Below are positions 26,393 to 39,236 of a DNA stretch of 64,000 nucleotides, one piece after another. The stretch lies in contig OZ024741.1 of NCBI GenBank assembly GCA_964016885.1, positions 168,144,001 through 168,208,000 of the forward strand, written 5' to 3'. The notes under the pieces were generated by a model. That model ran no database searches. It saw only the letters and a list, made by a program, of their open reading frames with translations, and was not told the origin of the DNA. Position numbers and translations under genes: made by a program. This stretch comes from Eledone cirrhosa (lineage: Eukaryota). Within the stretch, counting starts at the first letter, position 1, and every line of letters starts with the position of its first letter.

Positions 26393-27001
26393 ATGGTGGC
26401 TGCCAACTCGTTTTCGAGTACGGCCACTACTTTATATCCATGTAGGAGAACCCCTACCAATGCGCTGAACAAGTGTGACTTTTTAGGCAGCCAGCGACTT
26501 GAAAACTCTGGTACAAACACTACACTTGTGACAATTATTGACACATAGTGCTGGGCCCATGGTACCATGTGATGACAAGTGCAGAGAGATCTCCAGATAT
26601 AAAGCAATGCCTGTGCCGTGGAGCTTTTATAGTGAGCAAAGGCACTGCACAAAGCCAGTCCCACTCTCTTAACCAAGATGATATTTAACAAAAAGAAGAA
26701 CAAGTCAACATCATTGGATACCATCAGGGTTACAGGTGTTATATCAGAGTTTTCCTTCTCCTAGAATTCTGCCTTGACAAAGGCTAAGGGGTCATCTCTC
26801 CCGGTGATTTTGGATGGCCATTGACTCTTAAGAGCTCCTTTGCCCTTTGACAGGTTTTGTCTTTAGTCCTGCAGGATGTCCAAAGTCACCCTCCTCACCA
26901 AGAAACCTTGGTGGGGTTGCCAGTTTAGTCGCCAACGACCCGGCCATGAGACAGGTTGTACTGGGATACATGTTACCAGTAGCACCAACTGGTGACCTGA
27001 C
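26393..27001 (-). mobile_element. Non-autonomous bipartite RTE derivative (5' UTR + 3' end, ORF deleted)
   Basis: 26393-26572 matches 39237-39417; 26571-27001 matches 42865-43130 and 43640-43805. Confidence 0.85.
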
Positions 27002-27337
27002 ATATACATATATATATATACACACATACATACATATACATACACACATATATATAAAAAACATACACACACATATACAATTCACATTCATACACATTGA
27101 TATGCATGCCTATACTCACAATCACACGAATAAGAACATATATATAAATGTAGGTGAATATACATATATAGAAAAACATATAAATACTTTCACGTACACA
27201 TATGCATGAGAAAAAATACATACACATATATATATAAGAAAATTACTTATATATAAAAAAACCTATAAAAAACCTATATATAAAGATATACATACATACA
27301 CACATACGCATAAGTACGCACACATACATACGCACGC

Positions 27338-27386
<49 letters not shown>

Positions 27387-27472
27387 TATACATATATATA
27401 TATATACATACTTATATATATACATATATGTATACATATATGTATATATATATATACATATATGTATATATA

Positions 27473-27528
<56 letters not shown>

Positions 27529-27739
27529 CGTACCCCGCTCCATTATCTGGTGGGCTCGGGTTTTCTACAGCTGGATGCCCTTCCTAACACCAACCATATA
27601 TATATATATATATATATATATAGCATATCTAGCCTCCTGATTGAACCAAGGACCCTCCTGCCAAACCAAGTGACTTTTGCCTGCAGCATTTAACAGTGGC
27701 TGCAGAAACTGCCCAGTTGAATAGTATCTCCACTCTGTT

Positions 27740-29221
27740 CCAATGTCAACAAAGTTAGAGTTAGCAATGACTATAGCGAAGAATTTAGTATACAGGTAAG
27801 TGTCACCAGGGCTCTGTTCTTAGCCCTCTCCTGTTCATTATAGTTTTGCAGGCAATAACTGAGGAGTTTAAGACCGGATGCCCATGGGAACTCCTGCATG
27901 CGGATGATCTCACACTGATAGCTGAATCCATAGTGGAACTAGAGAAGAAATTCCAAACATGGAAGCAGGGACTAGAAATAAGGGGCCTCAGAGTCAACCT
28001 GACAAAGACTAAGGTTCGTGTAAGTAGACGAGAAAACAGAACCCAGATTCCCTCAGGGAAATGGCCTTGCTCAGTATGTAGGAAAGGTATAGGTAGGAAC
28101 TCCATCCTCTGCCCCAAATGCAAACAATGGGTACACAAGAGATGTAGTGGGATCTCAGGAAGTTTAACTAAGAATGTAGGCTTCATATGTAGCAGCTGTG
28201 CTGGGACAGCAAGCAGCTAACGATCACAGGAAACAAGTACCACCAAACTCTGGGAGGGATCTGTAGAAACAGTAGACAGCTTCTGCTACCTAGGTGTCCG
28301 AATCAGCAGCGGAGGTGGGTGTTCGGAAAGTACAATAACTTGGGTAAAAACGGGATGGAAGAATTTCAGGGAGCTACTGCCACTGCTAGCTGCAAAAGGC
28401 TTTTCCCTCAAAATGAACGGCAGACTGTATGATGCATGTATACGAACAGCAATGTTACATGGAAGTGAGACCTGGGCGCTGTCTGTAGAAGACTTGCGCA
28501 GATTAGAAAGAAGTGAAGCGTGCATGCTCCGATGGATGTGTAATAGTAATATACCCGAACGGCAAAGTATAAAGGAATTGAGAGAGAGACTGAGCATAAG
28601 AGGAATCAAATGCTGTGTGCAGGAGAGGCGGATGCGTTGGTATGGACATGTGATGCATATGAATGATGACAGCTGCATAAAAAGGTGCAGAGCATTAGAA
28701 GTCGATGAAAGCTGTGGAGTGGGGAGACTCAAGAAGACCTGGGATGAGGTGATAAAGGCCGACCTTACCAAATTACACCTCTCAAAGGCAATGACACACG
28801 ACCGTGACCTCTGGCGTCATGCCTTAATACAAAAGACCCCCCCCCCCATGAACAAGCCGAAGCTGAAGCATACAGACAATATGCCCCCCCCCCCCCCACT
28901 GCAAAGTGTTCGTGGAGGTGCAACGGCAAAAAATGCACACACTCCCCACTGCAAAGTGTTGGTGGAGGTGCAACGGCAAAAAATGCACCCAGCCCACACT
29001 GTAAATTGGTCGTGTAGGCGCCACGGGAAAAAGCACCCAGCACTCACTGTAAATGAGGTTGGTGTTAGGAAAGGCTTCCAGCTGTAGAAATCAACCCAGA
29101 ATCATTTCCTCTATGAGCAAGACAAGGTCAGCCGACTGGACACTGCTCACAACAGGACAACCCGTCTAACCCATGCTAGTTTGGAAGAATGGACATAAAA
29201 TGGTGATGATGATGATGATGA
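27740..29221 (+). mobile_element. RTE LINE, 5'-truncated (RT C-half, PHD-like Cys cluster, 3' UTR)
   Basis: QGSVLSPLLF, LLHADDL, KWPCSVC..CPKCKQWVHKRCSG, LHGSETW, RWYGHV; (ATG)n tail. Confidence 0.9.
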
Positions 29222-29865
29222 TATACAAATATATATTAAAGGTATATAGATACACAAAAATATATATTAATTATCTAAAAATATATATCAAATATTAAAC
29301 ATATATACGAAATACATAAAAATATGTACTAAATATCTAAAAATATATATTAAATATATAGATTATAAAGAAAGACATGTCTAATATTAGAATCTAATTC
29401 ATTGGTTTCATTAGACAAAACACAGAATTATATATATATATATATATATAGCGTGTATTAAAAAGAATCAGCTGATTTATATATATGCATGTAAATCGAC
29501 TGATTCTATTTTATACTCCCTGCATATATTTATATATTCTTTGTGATACAATTCTTTTGTAAGAAAAGTAATCTGCTTAGCTTTTAAATAATTATGGGCT
29601 GATTGTTGAATGTGTGTATAGGTGGTCGTGTGATAGCAGAGCTGGTTCGAGAGAATAGCATCTTACTTTCTTGTGTATAAAACAACTAATTTTGAACTAA
29701 AATTAAAGGAAAAAAGGGCGATCATATTATACATGTGTGTACATTTTCAGAAATTTTTATTGCATTTAAAAGAACTGATTTCAAAAGGTAGGACTGCAAT
29801 TTAAAAAAAAAAATTGTTTACAAATGGTATTTGATAAATTAACAACATTCTTTATTTAGGAATCA

Positions 29866-30165
29866 GTTTGAGTTCAAATCCCGCCTTTCATCCTTACGGT
29901 TTCGATAAAATAAAGTACCAGTAACATACTGGAGTTGATTTAATTGACTTCCCCCCCCCCCCCAAATTACTGGCCTTGTGCCTATACTAGAAATCATTAT
30001 TTAGGAATCAGCAAAATTGAAACATAGTTTGCTCTCTCAAAGACATTAAATTGGTTCAAATCCCGCCGAGGTTGACTTTGCTTTTCATCCTTATAGGGTC
30101 GATAAAATAAAGTACCAGTAATGTACTGGGTAATTGCTGGCCTTGTGCCTAAAGTAGAAACAATT
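29866..30165 (+). mobile_element. Two 5'-truncated SINE family A copies, each with a TSD
   Basis: TSDs TTATTTAGGAATCAG and ATTAAATTGGT. Confidence 0.8.
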
Positions 30166-30914
30166 AAATTGGTAAAATACATGAATAAAAGCACTACATA
30201 AGATCTATAATGCTTTGAATAATATGGTAATAATTCCCATGGTATTAGTTTTCAAAGTAATTTAAATAGACATGGCTATACTCCAGAAACAGAGGTTGTT
30301 TTAGATTCAAATTGTATTATACATAAAACAGTACAGTAAGTTTGTGTATTTTTTTTTATTTATTTAATTGTTTTATCTTCAAGTTATATTTTCATTCAGG
30401 TTATGTCAATATTAGATAATTCTACTATTATCTTTATTGATTTCTTGGCACAATAATCGAATTTCGTTTCTGTCTTTATAGTATTAAACTTGTAAATCCT
30501 TTGTGAAATGTCAAGCATCTCTGCTTTATATTGTTTCCATCTGTCTATCTCTTCTCTCTTTTCTTCTCCTTGCTCTCTTTCCCAAATCTCTCTATATTTC
30601 TATCACTTATCTTCTGTATTACTACATCTTTTCATATTAATTTATAATCAATATATCTTTCCTTATCTCAAACCAAAACCTGACTACAGATATAGTTTTT
30701 TAATTTATCAAAATTAATATATTGATGTGATTGGTATAATTACTGTAGATTAAAAATATTTCTTCAGTTAGTGAAAACTGAAATCCAATTTCAATTCTCC
30801 CTTGCTTCTTTAATACTGACAATGGTCTATGCAAAATACTTTGAATGTTAGGATTTCCAATTTTCCGGATGGAATAACTTTTCAGTCTTTTATGCATATA
30901 ATTTCTGAATTCTT

Positions 30915-31110
30915 ATGTAGGTGTCATGACAAAAAGTACCCAGCCCAGTAAATGTGGTTGGCGTTAGGAAGGGCATCTAGCCATAGAAACCTAGCCAGAG
31001 ACAGTCCTGTATGAGCAAGACAGTCACCTGACCCAACTTGCCTCTAATGGGACAACCGTCTAACCCATGCTAGCATTGAAAGTGGACGTTAAACGATGAT
31101 GATGATGATT
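30915..31110 (+). mobile_element. RTE 3' UTR fragment
   Basis: GTTGGCGTTAGGAAGGGCATC..CCATGCTAGC..GGACGTTAAACGATGATG; similar fragments at 25730-25880, 37790-37915 and 45080-45312. Confidence 0.8.
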
Positions 31111-32849
31111 ATCTCATATTACTTATCCTTTAACTCCTGGTGGAGTTGTAGGGGTGCTGTCATAACACACAGTGTGTCTTGGGCATGTTAAAACTTGTCA
31201 GCACCCAACTATCCAGGTTTGACCACAGCTGATCTCTTCCAACAAGAGGGCGAGGGGTGAGACATAGGGAGCGAGAATAAGAGAAATGATGAAGAGGAAA
31301 GCAAGACGGTAGAATCGACCCAGTGGTGGAATGATAATCTGGACCTCAATCAGTTTTGATGACGGGTGTTCCAGTTGTTTGATTAATGGAACAGCCTACT
31401 CATTAAACTATTGTGCAAGTGGTTGAGCATTCCGTAGACATGTGTATCTTTATGAAATTCTCAGGGAGATTCAGCATGACACAATGTGTGAAAGGCTGTT
31501 TTTTAAGAATAAAGGTACAGTTTAACAGTTTCCCTCTACCCAACGTTACTTACAAGGCATGGGTCAACTTAAGTGTACGGTGAACAACAATTGGGCAAGA
31601 TTCCACACAGTGGGATCAATCCTGGGATCTAATGATTGCAAACTTGAACTCCTTAACTATTTGGACATGCTGTGTCCTCTAGACTGGTACTTTATTTATC
31701 GACCCCACAGTGAAATTTGAGCTCAGAGTGTTGGAATAAATTCAGAAAAAGCTTTCTATCTGTTACCCTAATGACACTGTCAATTCACTGCTTTAATTTC
31801 TATATTACCAAACCTGAAAATGTTTAGTTCATTATCTTATCAAAGTATATTTCATTCTGATAAAGCAGACTGGTATCAAGTTACTTTATTCTGTTGGTAT
31901 TTAAATATTTTCTTCTGTTTGTGAAATTAACGTTCAAGTGGCTGAGCATTACACAGACACATAAGATTCAGTGTGACACTGTGTAGGACAAGGCTATCCC
32001 TTTTTAATTACAGGTACAAATTCTTTTTCCAAGTGAGTAGACTTAAATGTGAAATAACATGTTGCAGTCAAGGATAAAATGTGCTGCCAGGAATTGAATT
32101 CATTACCTTATAATCATAAGCTGACCTGTTTAAATACCCAATTACATACTTTAACTGAACAGTTTAATTACAAATATAAGTTTTGAATTTCCTAAGTCCC
32201 TATATTAACATAAACTTTCTAAGTAATTGATTTTAATGTACCGTATTTTCCCATTACTGTATCCCAGGAAACATAAATTTACATAAAAGTAGGTTTCTTT
32301 TTGATCATGGAATACTATAAAACTAAGCAGAATCTGGACATTTAGTCACCTTCTGTTGATCTTGCCTCTTCAATACATCCTACATACACCATAAAGACCT
32401 GTAGGAGAGCTGATGAGATAAAGCAAGTCTAAATAAGAGATAGTTTTGATTATCCTATGGACAATTTAATGTCCAATCTACTAATATTTTTATGAATAAA
32501 AAGATCCATATATTTACAGTTTATATATTTTTACATATATAATATTGAAATTTGTTGAAATGTCAGAAACATTATTATTAAAGTATTGAGATTTGTTGAG
32601 ATATCAATAAAGTTATCTATAAAATATTACTGCATCTTGTTGATATATTAAACTCAATATAAAGCAATGATTTAATTAGGTTTTGGTATTTACTCTAAAT
32701 TCAGAAGTGTTTTAAATTATGCTTTTAAAGTTTATACAGCTGTTTATCTTCAGGTTTCATAATGTTAAGCAATATGCACGATAAATCCCTAGATAGAAAG
32801 CAGATTTATTACAGATAATATTTCATGCATGATTAGTTGAATTTCCCAC

Positions 32850-33070
32850 TGCAGAGCAAACAGCTGAAGCACTAGTCAAATATTAAGGCCTGGCTAATCA
32901 CTTTCTTTTTGCTCTGATCACCATTGAAACCTTTGACATCCTTGGTTCCTACACTGCTGATTTCCTCTGTAAAGTTGGAAAGATGGCAGCCTATTTGAGA
33001 GGAGCCCCATAAGGTGTGGTGGCTGTTGCAGTGGGTATTTCTGGCTGTTTTGTCTGTGGGATATGGCTGA
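32850..33070 (+). pseudogene. Degenerate restriction-like endonuclease remnant of an early-branching non-LTR element (CRE/NeSL-like)
   Basis: AEQTAEALVKY*GLANHFLFALITIETFDILG resembles the K..KY..L...F.P.A.ET.G motif. Confidence 0.4.
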
Positions 33071-34957
33071 GACACAGCTCAAACTGTGGTGTAGTGACTG
33101 CCCCTACTCCTCTCCCTTTTTTTCGTTGCTTGATTCTTCTTTCCTTTTCTTTTTCTTCTTTTCGTTTTCTTTTTTTTTCGTTTTCAGTTGCCTTATAATA
33201 TTGTTTTGTTTTTCTTAGCTACTGTTTAATATGTACTTGTATTTTACATTGATTAATAACTAGATTACAAGTAAAAATAAAAGACTATTAAATTATATAG
33301 TGCTTCTGTTGCTTTTATCAAAAAATGAATTGTGCATCTCTAAGAACTAGCTGCATACAAGCTTTAAAAGTTATGTAACATGACTGCTGACTCATCAAAC
33401 GTGAGAATTTTAATGATAAACTGTTGTCTACTCAGCTCATCTTTTTTCACCCTTTGTTCTGTCCTACACCATCTTGTTGAAGGACAGAAGATGGTGTAGG
33501 ACAGAACAAAGGAGGGACACAAAGTAAAAACCCAGTCAGTGAGGAGGTCACAGAATGTGTGACAAAAGAACTTTGACAATATAAACAACAATTCGGTTAT
33601 CGAACCAACCAACCAGAAATTTATAATAAATTAACATGAAAACCTACAGGTGAGTGCGTTTTTATTGGCAGCATGACCCTCCCAAAGTATAACACTATCT
33701 ATTTCAACACATATTTTCAGATAAGAAATCTTGCAAAACAAATTCAAAAACAAAGTATACCATCTTACCAGTCATTCTTATGTTTTAAGACCTACTTATT
33801 TACCATAATACCATCTGTTATCATCTAGTCATTTTCTCTATCATTAAAAGACAAAATACATCCAGCCCCACTACTGTAGGTTTTGTTGCATGAGAATGTC
33901 TAGATGATGAAAGTTGGTATTCTTTGTTTATTTCCCAGGCTGTTATTTTTTAAATTCATGTATTCAGATAATTATTTCCCAACTGCTCTGGTCAGGTGTT
34001 TATAAGCTGTTTTGAATATGACATAGATCTATATTCGGTATGTGGTTATGGGTGGTTTGGCATACGATTTTAGAATGCAGACTTTGATTTCCAATAGTAT
34101 GTTGTGCTCTGGTATATGATACTGTATTTCATGTTGCAGTTCAGTCACAAAGGAAAAATGTTGGCTTTGTCAAGCACTGTATTGCACTGCATCTCTCTAA
34201 GAACTACATTGGGTGTATATGTGTCTGTGGAATGCTCAAATGCTTGCATGTTAAATTTATGAGCAGGCTGTTACCTTATTTGAACAACTGGTACACTTGT
34301 CATAGGGGCTGACAGTGGTCTAATATACAAACACATTCTGTATAATTTTGGCATAATATGAACAGTTTCTTTATTTATTTAAAGAGCATCATTGTGTATT
34401 CTTGCACAGCTTTTAAGAAGTATGGAAAGTGTCTTCAACTAATGTATTAAAACTTTCCCTTAAACCTGTGATCAGTACTGATAAGTGAAGGGTTTGAAAA
34501 TAACCTCTCAGCAATAACATGTTATCTTAAAAGTTATCTCAAAATACACATATGACAGTGGTGAAGTAGCAGATCTATCAAAACGTTGGATAGAAAGTTT
34601 TATGGTATTCATTCCAGCTGCCAGTACTTTGAGTTAAAACATCAATGAAGTCAATTTTGCCTTTCACCCCCTTGTAGTCAATAAAAAAATTACTAGTTCA
34701 GTATTGCAATCGATCCTTTTAACTGTTTTTCTCTTTCCCTCTGGAAGAAATCTGTTGTGTTCAGAGAGGAATATACTCTACCAGATATAAAATTACACAA
34801 AAGTACAGCTACATCTCATCAGAAATTCAGAACCAATGGATGGATAGATGTATGTATGTTGTTGTTAGACCTCCGTCAATTCCAATAAGTATTCCAGTTG
34901 TTCAAACAATGGGACAGCCTGCTACTGAAATGAACATGGGTATTTCTTAAACAATGT

Positions 34958-35222
34958 GGAGGCACATAGCCTAGTGGTAAGGGTGTTGGTCTAATGTCAT
35001 GGGTTTGATTCCTGGGCTGGATTGCATGATGTGTTCTTGAGCAAAACACTCCATTTCACATTGCTCCAGTATACTCAGCTGAAAATGAGTACAAGCAATA
35101 GCTGGGGATTTAACCCTGCGATAGACTGGCATCCTGCTCAGGGGGAGTCTTGTACTCTTAATGACTTCACACCCTTAAACCTTGATAAGCACTGACCTAA
35201 CGAGCCTTCTGGCCTACAGACT
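34958..35222 (+). mobile_element. CORE-like SINE (family B head/core, different tail)
   Basis: GGAGGCACATAGCCTAGTGG head, TTGAGCAAAACACT core. Confidence 0.7.
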
Positions 35223-36077
35223 TTATATTTCAAAAACATGTGTTTAACTTAATTAGTTCGCAAGGAAATTCAAGATGACAGGGCATATAAGAAAGCTGAC
35301 CTTTTGAGTTACAGTTACAACTCATTTTTGCCATCTGAGATGACTAGAGGAATAGGAAAAAACACATTGCCAAATCCTCTAACTAGTAAGCTACACACCT
35401 TTGATTTATGTATACATATAAATGGCACTCCAATAACAGGATTATTAACAAAATTAACATTTTGACACACTGGGCTAGAAAAGGTTCATCATCACTGCAA
35501 GTATTCATATATAATGAATATTTGCTTCAGATGACTATCTCGGATATCATCATTCCCATGTGAGTTCCGCTAAATCTACCATAGTAAATTGCTTTAGTGC
35601 ATTTTCCTGTTGTTGTAATCCAGGATTACAGGGCAATTTCCTTGCTTTTTGTTCCCTGAAGCGAAACGTATTTTCAATGTGTACATGTCCACTTTTCCGA
35701 TCATGAAACAGTAACAGCATGAATAGTTTTAGGTACACAGTAAAATAAAACAGAAAATTGACATTCAATTACTATCCACTCATACACTTGGCTTGGATAT
35801 TTGCTTAAGCATTAGGTTTTCTAGCTTTTACTTTTAAACTTATGTTATAGTGTTTAGTAACTAACAGCACTACATTGTTGTAATTCTTCTACTTACTGTT
35901 GGTGTTTATTTGGCAGCATGATAACATTTGTCAATATTTCTTGTAGTTGTTGTTGTCACAGATATTTGTTATCTTCTAGAACCAGAGGATTTCATTTCTT
36001 TTTTGTTCTTATTAGGTCTGACTGACACCTGACGCATGTGTAAAATATTATTATTACTGGCATTATTATTATCATTA

Positions 36078-36660
36078 ATGGGCAGTGGATTGCTAGTATC
36101 GGTGTTGGACAATATGAGTTATGGTTCTTTACATTCTGAGATCACATCCCGCCAAGGTTAGCTTTACTTTTCATCATTAGAGGGTTGATAAAATAAAGTA
36201 CCAATCACACACTGGGGTTGATTTAATCGACTTTCACCTCTCCTAAAATTGCTGGCCTTGTGCCTAAATCAGAAACCATTATTATTATCATTATCAGGTG
36301 GTGGATTGGCAGTATCGGTAGAGGGTCGGACGCCATGCTTTGAAGCATAGAGTTACCTCCTTGTATGATCTGAGTTCAAATCCCACCGAGGTTAACTTTG
36401 CCTTTCATCCTCACGGGGTCAATAAAATAAAGTACCAGTAATGCACTGGATAATTGCTGGCCTTGCACCAAAAGTAGAAACAATTATTATTATCATTATC
36501 ATTATTATCAATTATTATCAAATCCTGCCGAAGTCAGCTTTGCCTTTCATCTTCATGGGGTCGATAAAATAAAGTACCAGTAATGATTTGAGGTTGATTT
36601 AGTCGACTTTCTCCTCCCCAAAAATTGTTGGCCTTGTGCCTAAATCAGAAACCATTATTA
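36078..36660 (+). mobile_element. Cluster of three SINE family A copies in an (ATT/ATC)n tract
   Basis: Copies at ~36078-36282, 36297-36485 and 36520-36660. Confidence 0.85.
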
Positions 36661-37915
36661 TCATCTTTATTTGTACTTGTAATGATACAGCATTCTTCTG
36701 ACTGCTCTGTATATTTGTTGTCTTTTCATCTCGTTTTATACTGTTTTTTGTAAAAATTTGTCTTGCTTTGTGGCAAAACCAATTGAATTCTTTGAGAACT
36801 TATTGGTGTTCCTCTATCTGTGGCTAGATTATAAATATGCCCCTCAATTTGTTTGGAGAAAAAAACATGGTGGAAAAAGAAATTTCATCCACAGAGATGT
36901 CCATCGATTGGAACAGCCAATGTTCAACTCAAAGTTCAACCACTGCAAAAGACAACAACAACTACTACTACACACTCTGAAAATGGTGACAATGCCTGTG
37001 GAGACATATAAAACATGATATTGGCACCACAAATGTAAAAACCACCAGTAGGCTTTTAAAAGGGTTCCGAAAGCAACCCCAAATACATATGGAGTTCGAA
37101 CTACATGTTCTCCAACAACACCAGAAGGTTAGATAACCACCTATTATTTTTCCCCTTACTCTTTCCAGTCAACATAGCAAATACAAGAGAAACCCATGTC
37201 TCGGAAGCAAGGTTTTTTCAATGATCTCAAGTATGGACGATCTTGTTGGACTTGCACAATACATCGGTGGTCATGGATGTGAATGGTAGTGGAGGTAGTA
37301 CTTTCTGGCCAGTGGCTGTGTCTGACCAGATTTCTTGTATATATATACATACACACACACATGAACATACATATATATAAATATATATGTATGAATCTAT
37401 AATTCCCGAGGGAGTGATAGAGGCACTGTACTGACACACAGCATGTCTAGGGCATTTTTTAAACCTGGGAGAGCCCATCTCTTCAGGTCTGAATACAGAA
37501 GATTTCTTCCAGAGAAGGATAGAGAGTGAGAGAGAGGAAGTAAGAAAGAGACACAGAAGAAGAATCTTCCCCAGTATTAGACTGGTATTTTTTTAATTGT
37601 CCTTGAATGGATGAAAAGCAAAGTTGACCTCATCAGGATTTGAACTCAGAGAGCAGAGAGTCAAAACAAATACTGCAAAGTATTCTATCCAACATTCTAA
37701 TGACTTTGCTAATTTGCTGCCTATGAAACATATTATATATATATTTATATATATATATATTCTCATTCTTAATATATATATGTACCAACTGTAGAAAACC
37801 TGCCAGACAGTCCTATGCGAGCAAGACAATCACTCTTGCCTCAAGTGGGAATACCCCCGTCCAAACCCATGCAAGCGTGGAACACGGACGTTAAACGTTG
37901 ATGATGATGATGATG

Positions 37916-38187
37916 ATGTATGTAAATTAATAAAAATAATGAATAAAAACAAAGAAACAGTTCCTTATATTAAAAGATTCATCATTTTACGATCGTTTCT
38001 AGGATATATATGTGTTGGTATGTATATCATATATTCCCTCTGATAGTTTGTAAAAATTTTACATAGATCTATATGATATACATACCAACACATATATATC
38101 CTAGAAACGATCGTAAAATGATGAATTTTTTAATATAAGGAACTCTTTCTTTGTTTTTATTCATTATTTTTATTAATTTACATACAT
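37916..38187. repeat. 118-bp inverted repeat containing hammerhead 3' halves
   Basis: Arms 37916-38033 and 38070-38187, ~3 mismatches; a second IR at 38193-38228/38298-38334. Confidence 0.88.
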
Positions 38188-38492
38188 ACATATCTATTGG
38201 TCAATTCAAAACCTGTTCCCAAACATACCTATTATATTAAATCTTTGTTGGTTTTTTTTCAATAAAAAAATCTCATCATTTCTGAGGACGGCATGTATAT
38301 GTGTTTGGGAACAGGTTTTGAATTGACCAATAGAAAGGTAGTAAGTGGTCAAGATGATAGAATAGTAGTAATATAAAAGGTGTTGTATAATATTTATGTA
38401 TATATAGTATTTTACATATGTCTATATACATACATTTATTTATATATTCATTCACAAACACATATATACATACATAACCATATGTATGTATG

Positions 38493-38523
<31 letters not shown>

Positions 38524-38539
38524 TTATATATATATATAT

Positions 38540-38984
38540 ATATGCAAAAGTTCTATTTAAATTGTTGGGATACAACAAGCAAATATTTTTATAACTGATA
38601 TAAAGCACTCGACAAGTATTTGGAGTAAATATACGATATTAATAAATGGAAACTATATTTATAAAACCATATTTATTTCATTATACATATTTCAAGGATA
38701 CCATGTTAAATTATGGTATGCCTTCATCAGACAGAATACAATATATACCAGTTTTATAAATAAACATTGACGTACCCTTTCAAAATGCGACCGTTACTCC
38801 TGATGTCTTCCAAAAGTAACGGTCGCATTTTGAAAGGGTACGTCAATGTTTATTTATAAAACAGGTATATATTGTATTTTGTCTGAAGAAGGCATACCAT
38901 AATTTAACATGGTATCCTTGAAATATGTATAATGAAATAAATATGGTTTTATAAATATAGTTTCCATTTATTAATATCGTATAT
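38540..38984. mobile_element. Inverted pair of PLE pLTRs (family of 2932-7565), each with a hammerhead
   Basis: 170-bp arms 38629-38798 / 38815-38984; hammerhead on minus 38669-38745 (CTGATGA) and on plus 38868-38945 (CTGAAGA). Confidence 0.88.
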
Positions 38985-39004
38985 ATATGTATATATCTAT
39001 CTAT

Positions 39005-39160
39005 CTAGGGCGGGTAAAATTCCCGAGATCCATGGACGAGTTCTCTCCAGCGGTCTCTGTCCCTCATTATCGCTGCCATGTCCTGCGTCTCCAACAGACC
39101 AGTGTCTGTCCTTAGGGCATCAACATACGTTAACCTTGGTCTTCCTCTTCTAGTGTGTCC

Positions 39161-39162
<2 letters not shown>
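39005..39162 (-). mobile_element. RTE-type LINE 3' terminal fragment
   Basis: HGHTRRGRPRLTYVD..MRDRDRWR. Confidence 0.7.
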
Positions 39163-39215
<53 letters not shown>

Positions 39216-39236
39216 TACATATATATATATATATAT

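Noticed and set aside
29860-30341. Possible host exon (TTTAG acceptor ... GTAAGT donor) interrupted by two SINEs
   Set aside because: After removing the SINEs all three frames contain stops; no recognisable protein
35550-35768. 72-aa minus-strand ORF with coding-like composition (also 30700-30897)
   Set aside because: No recognisable domain or clear splice sites
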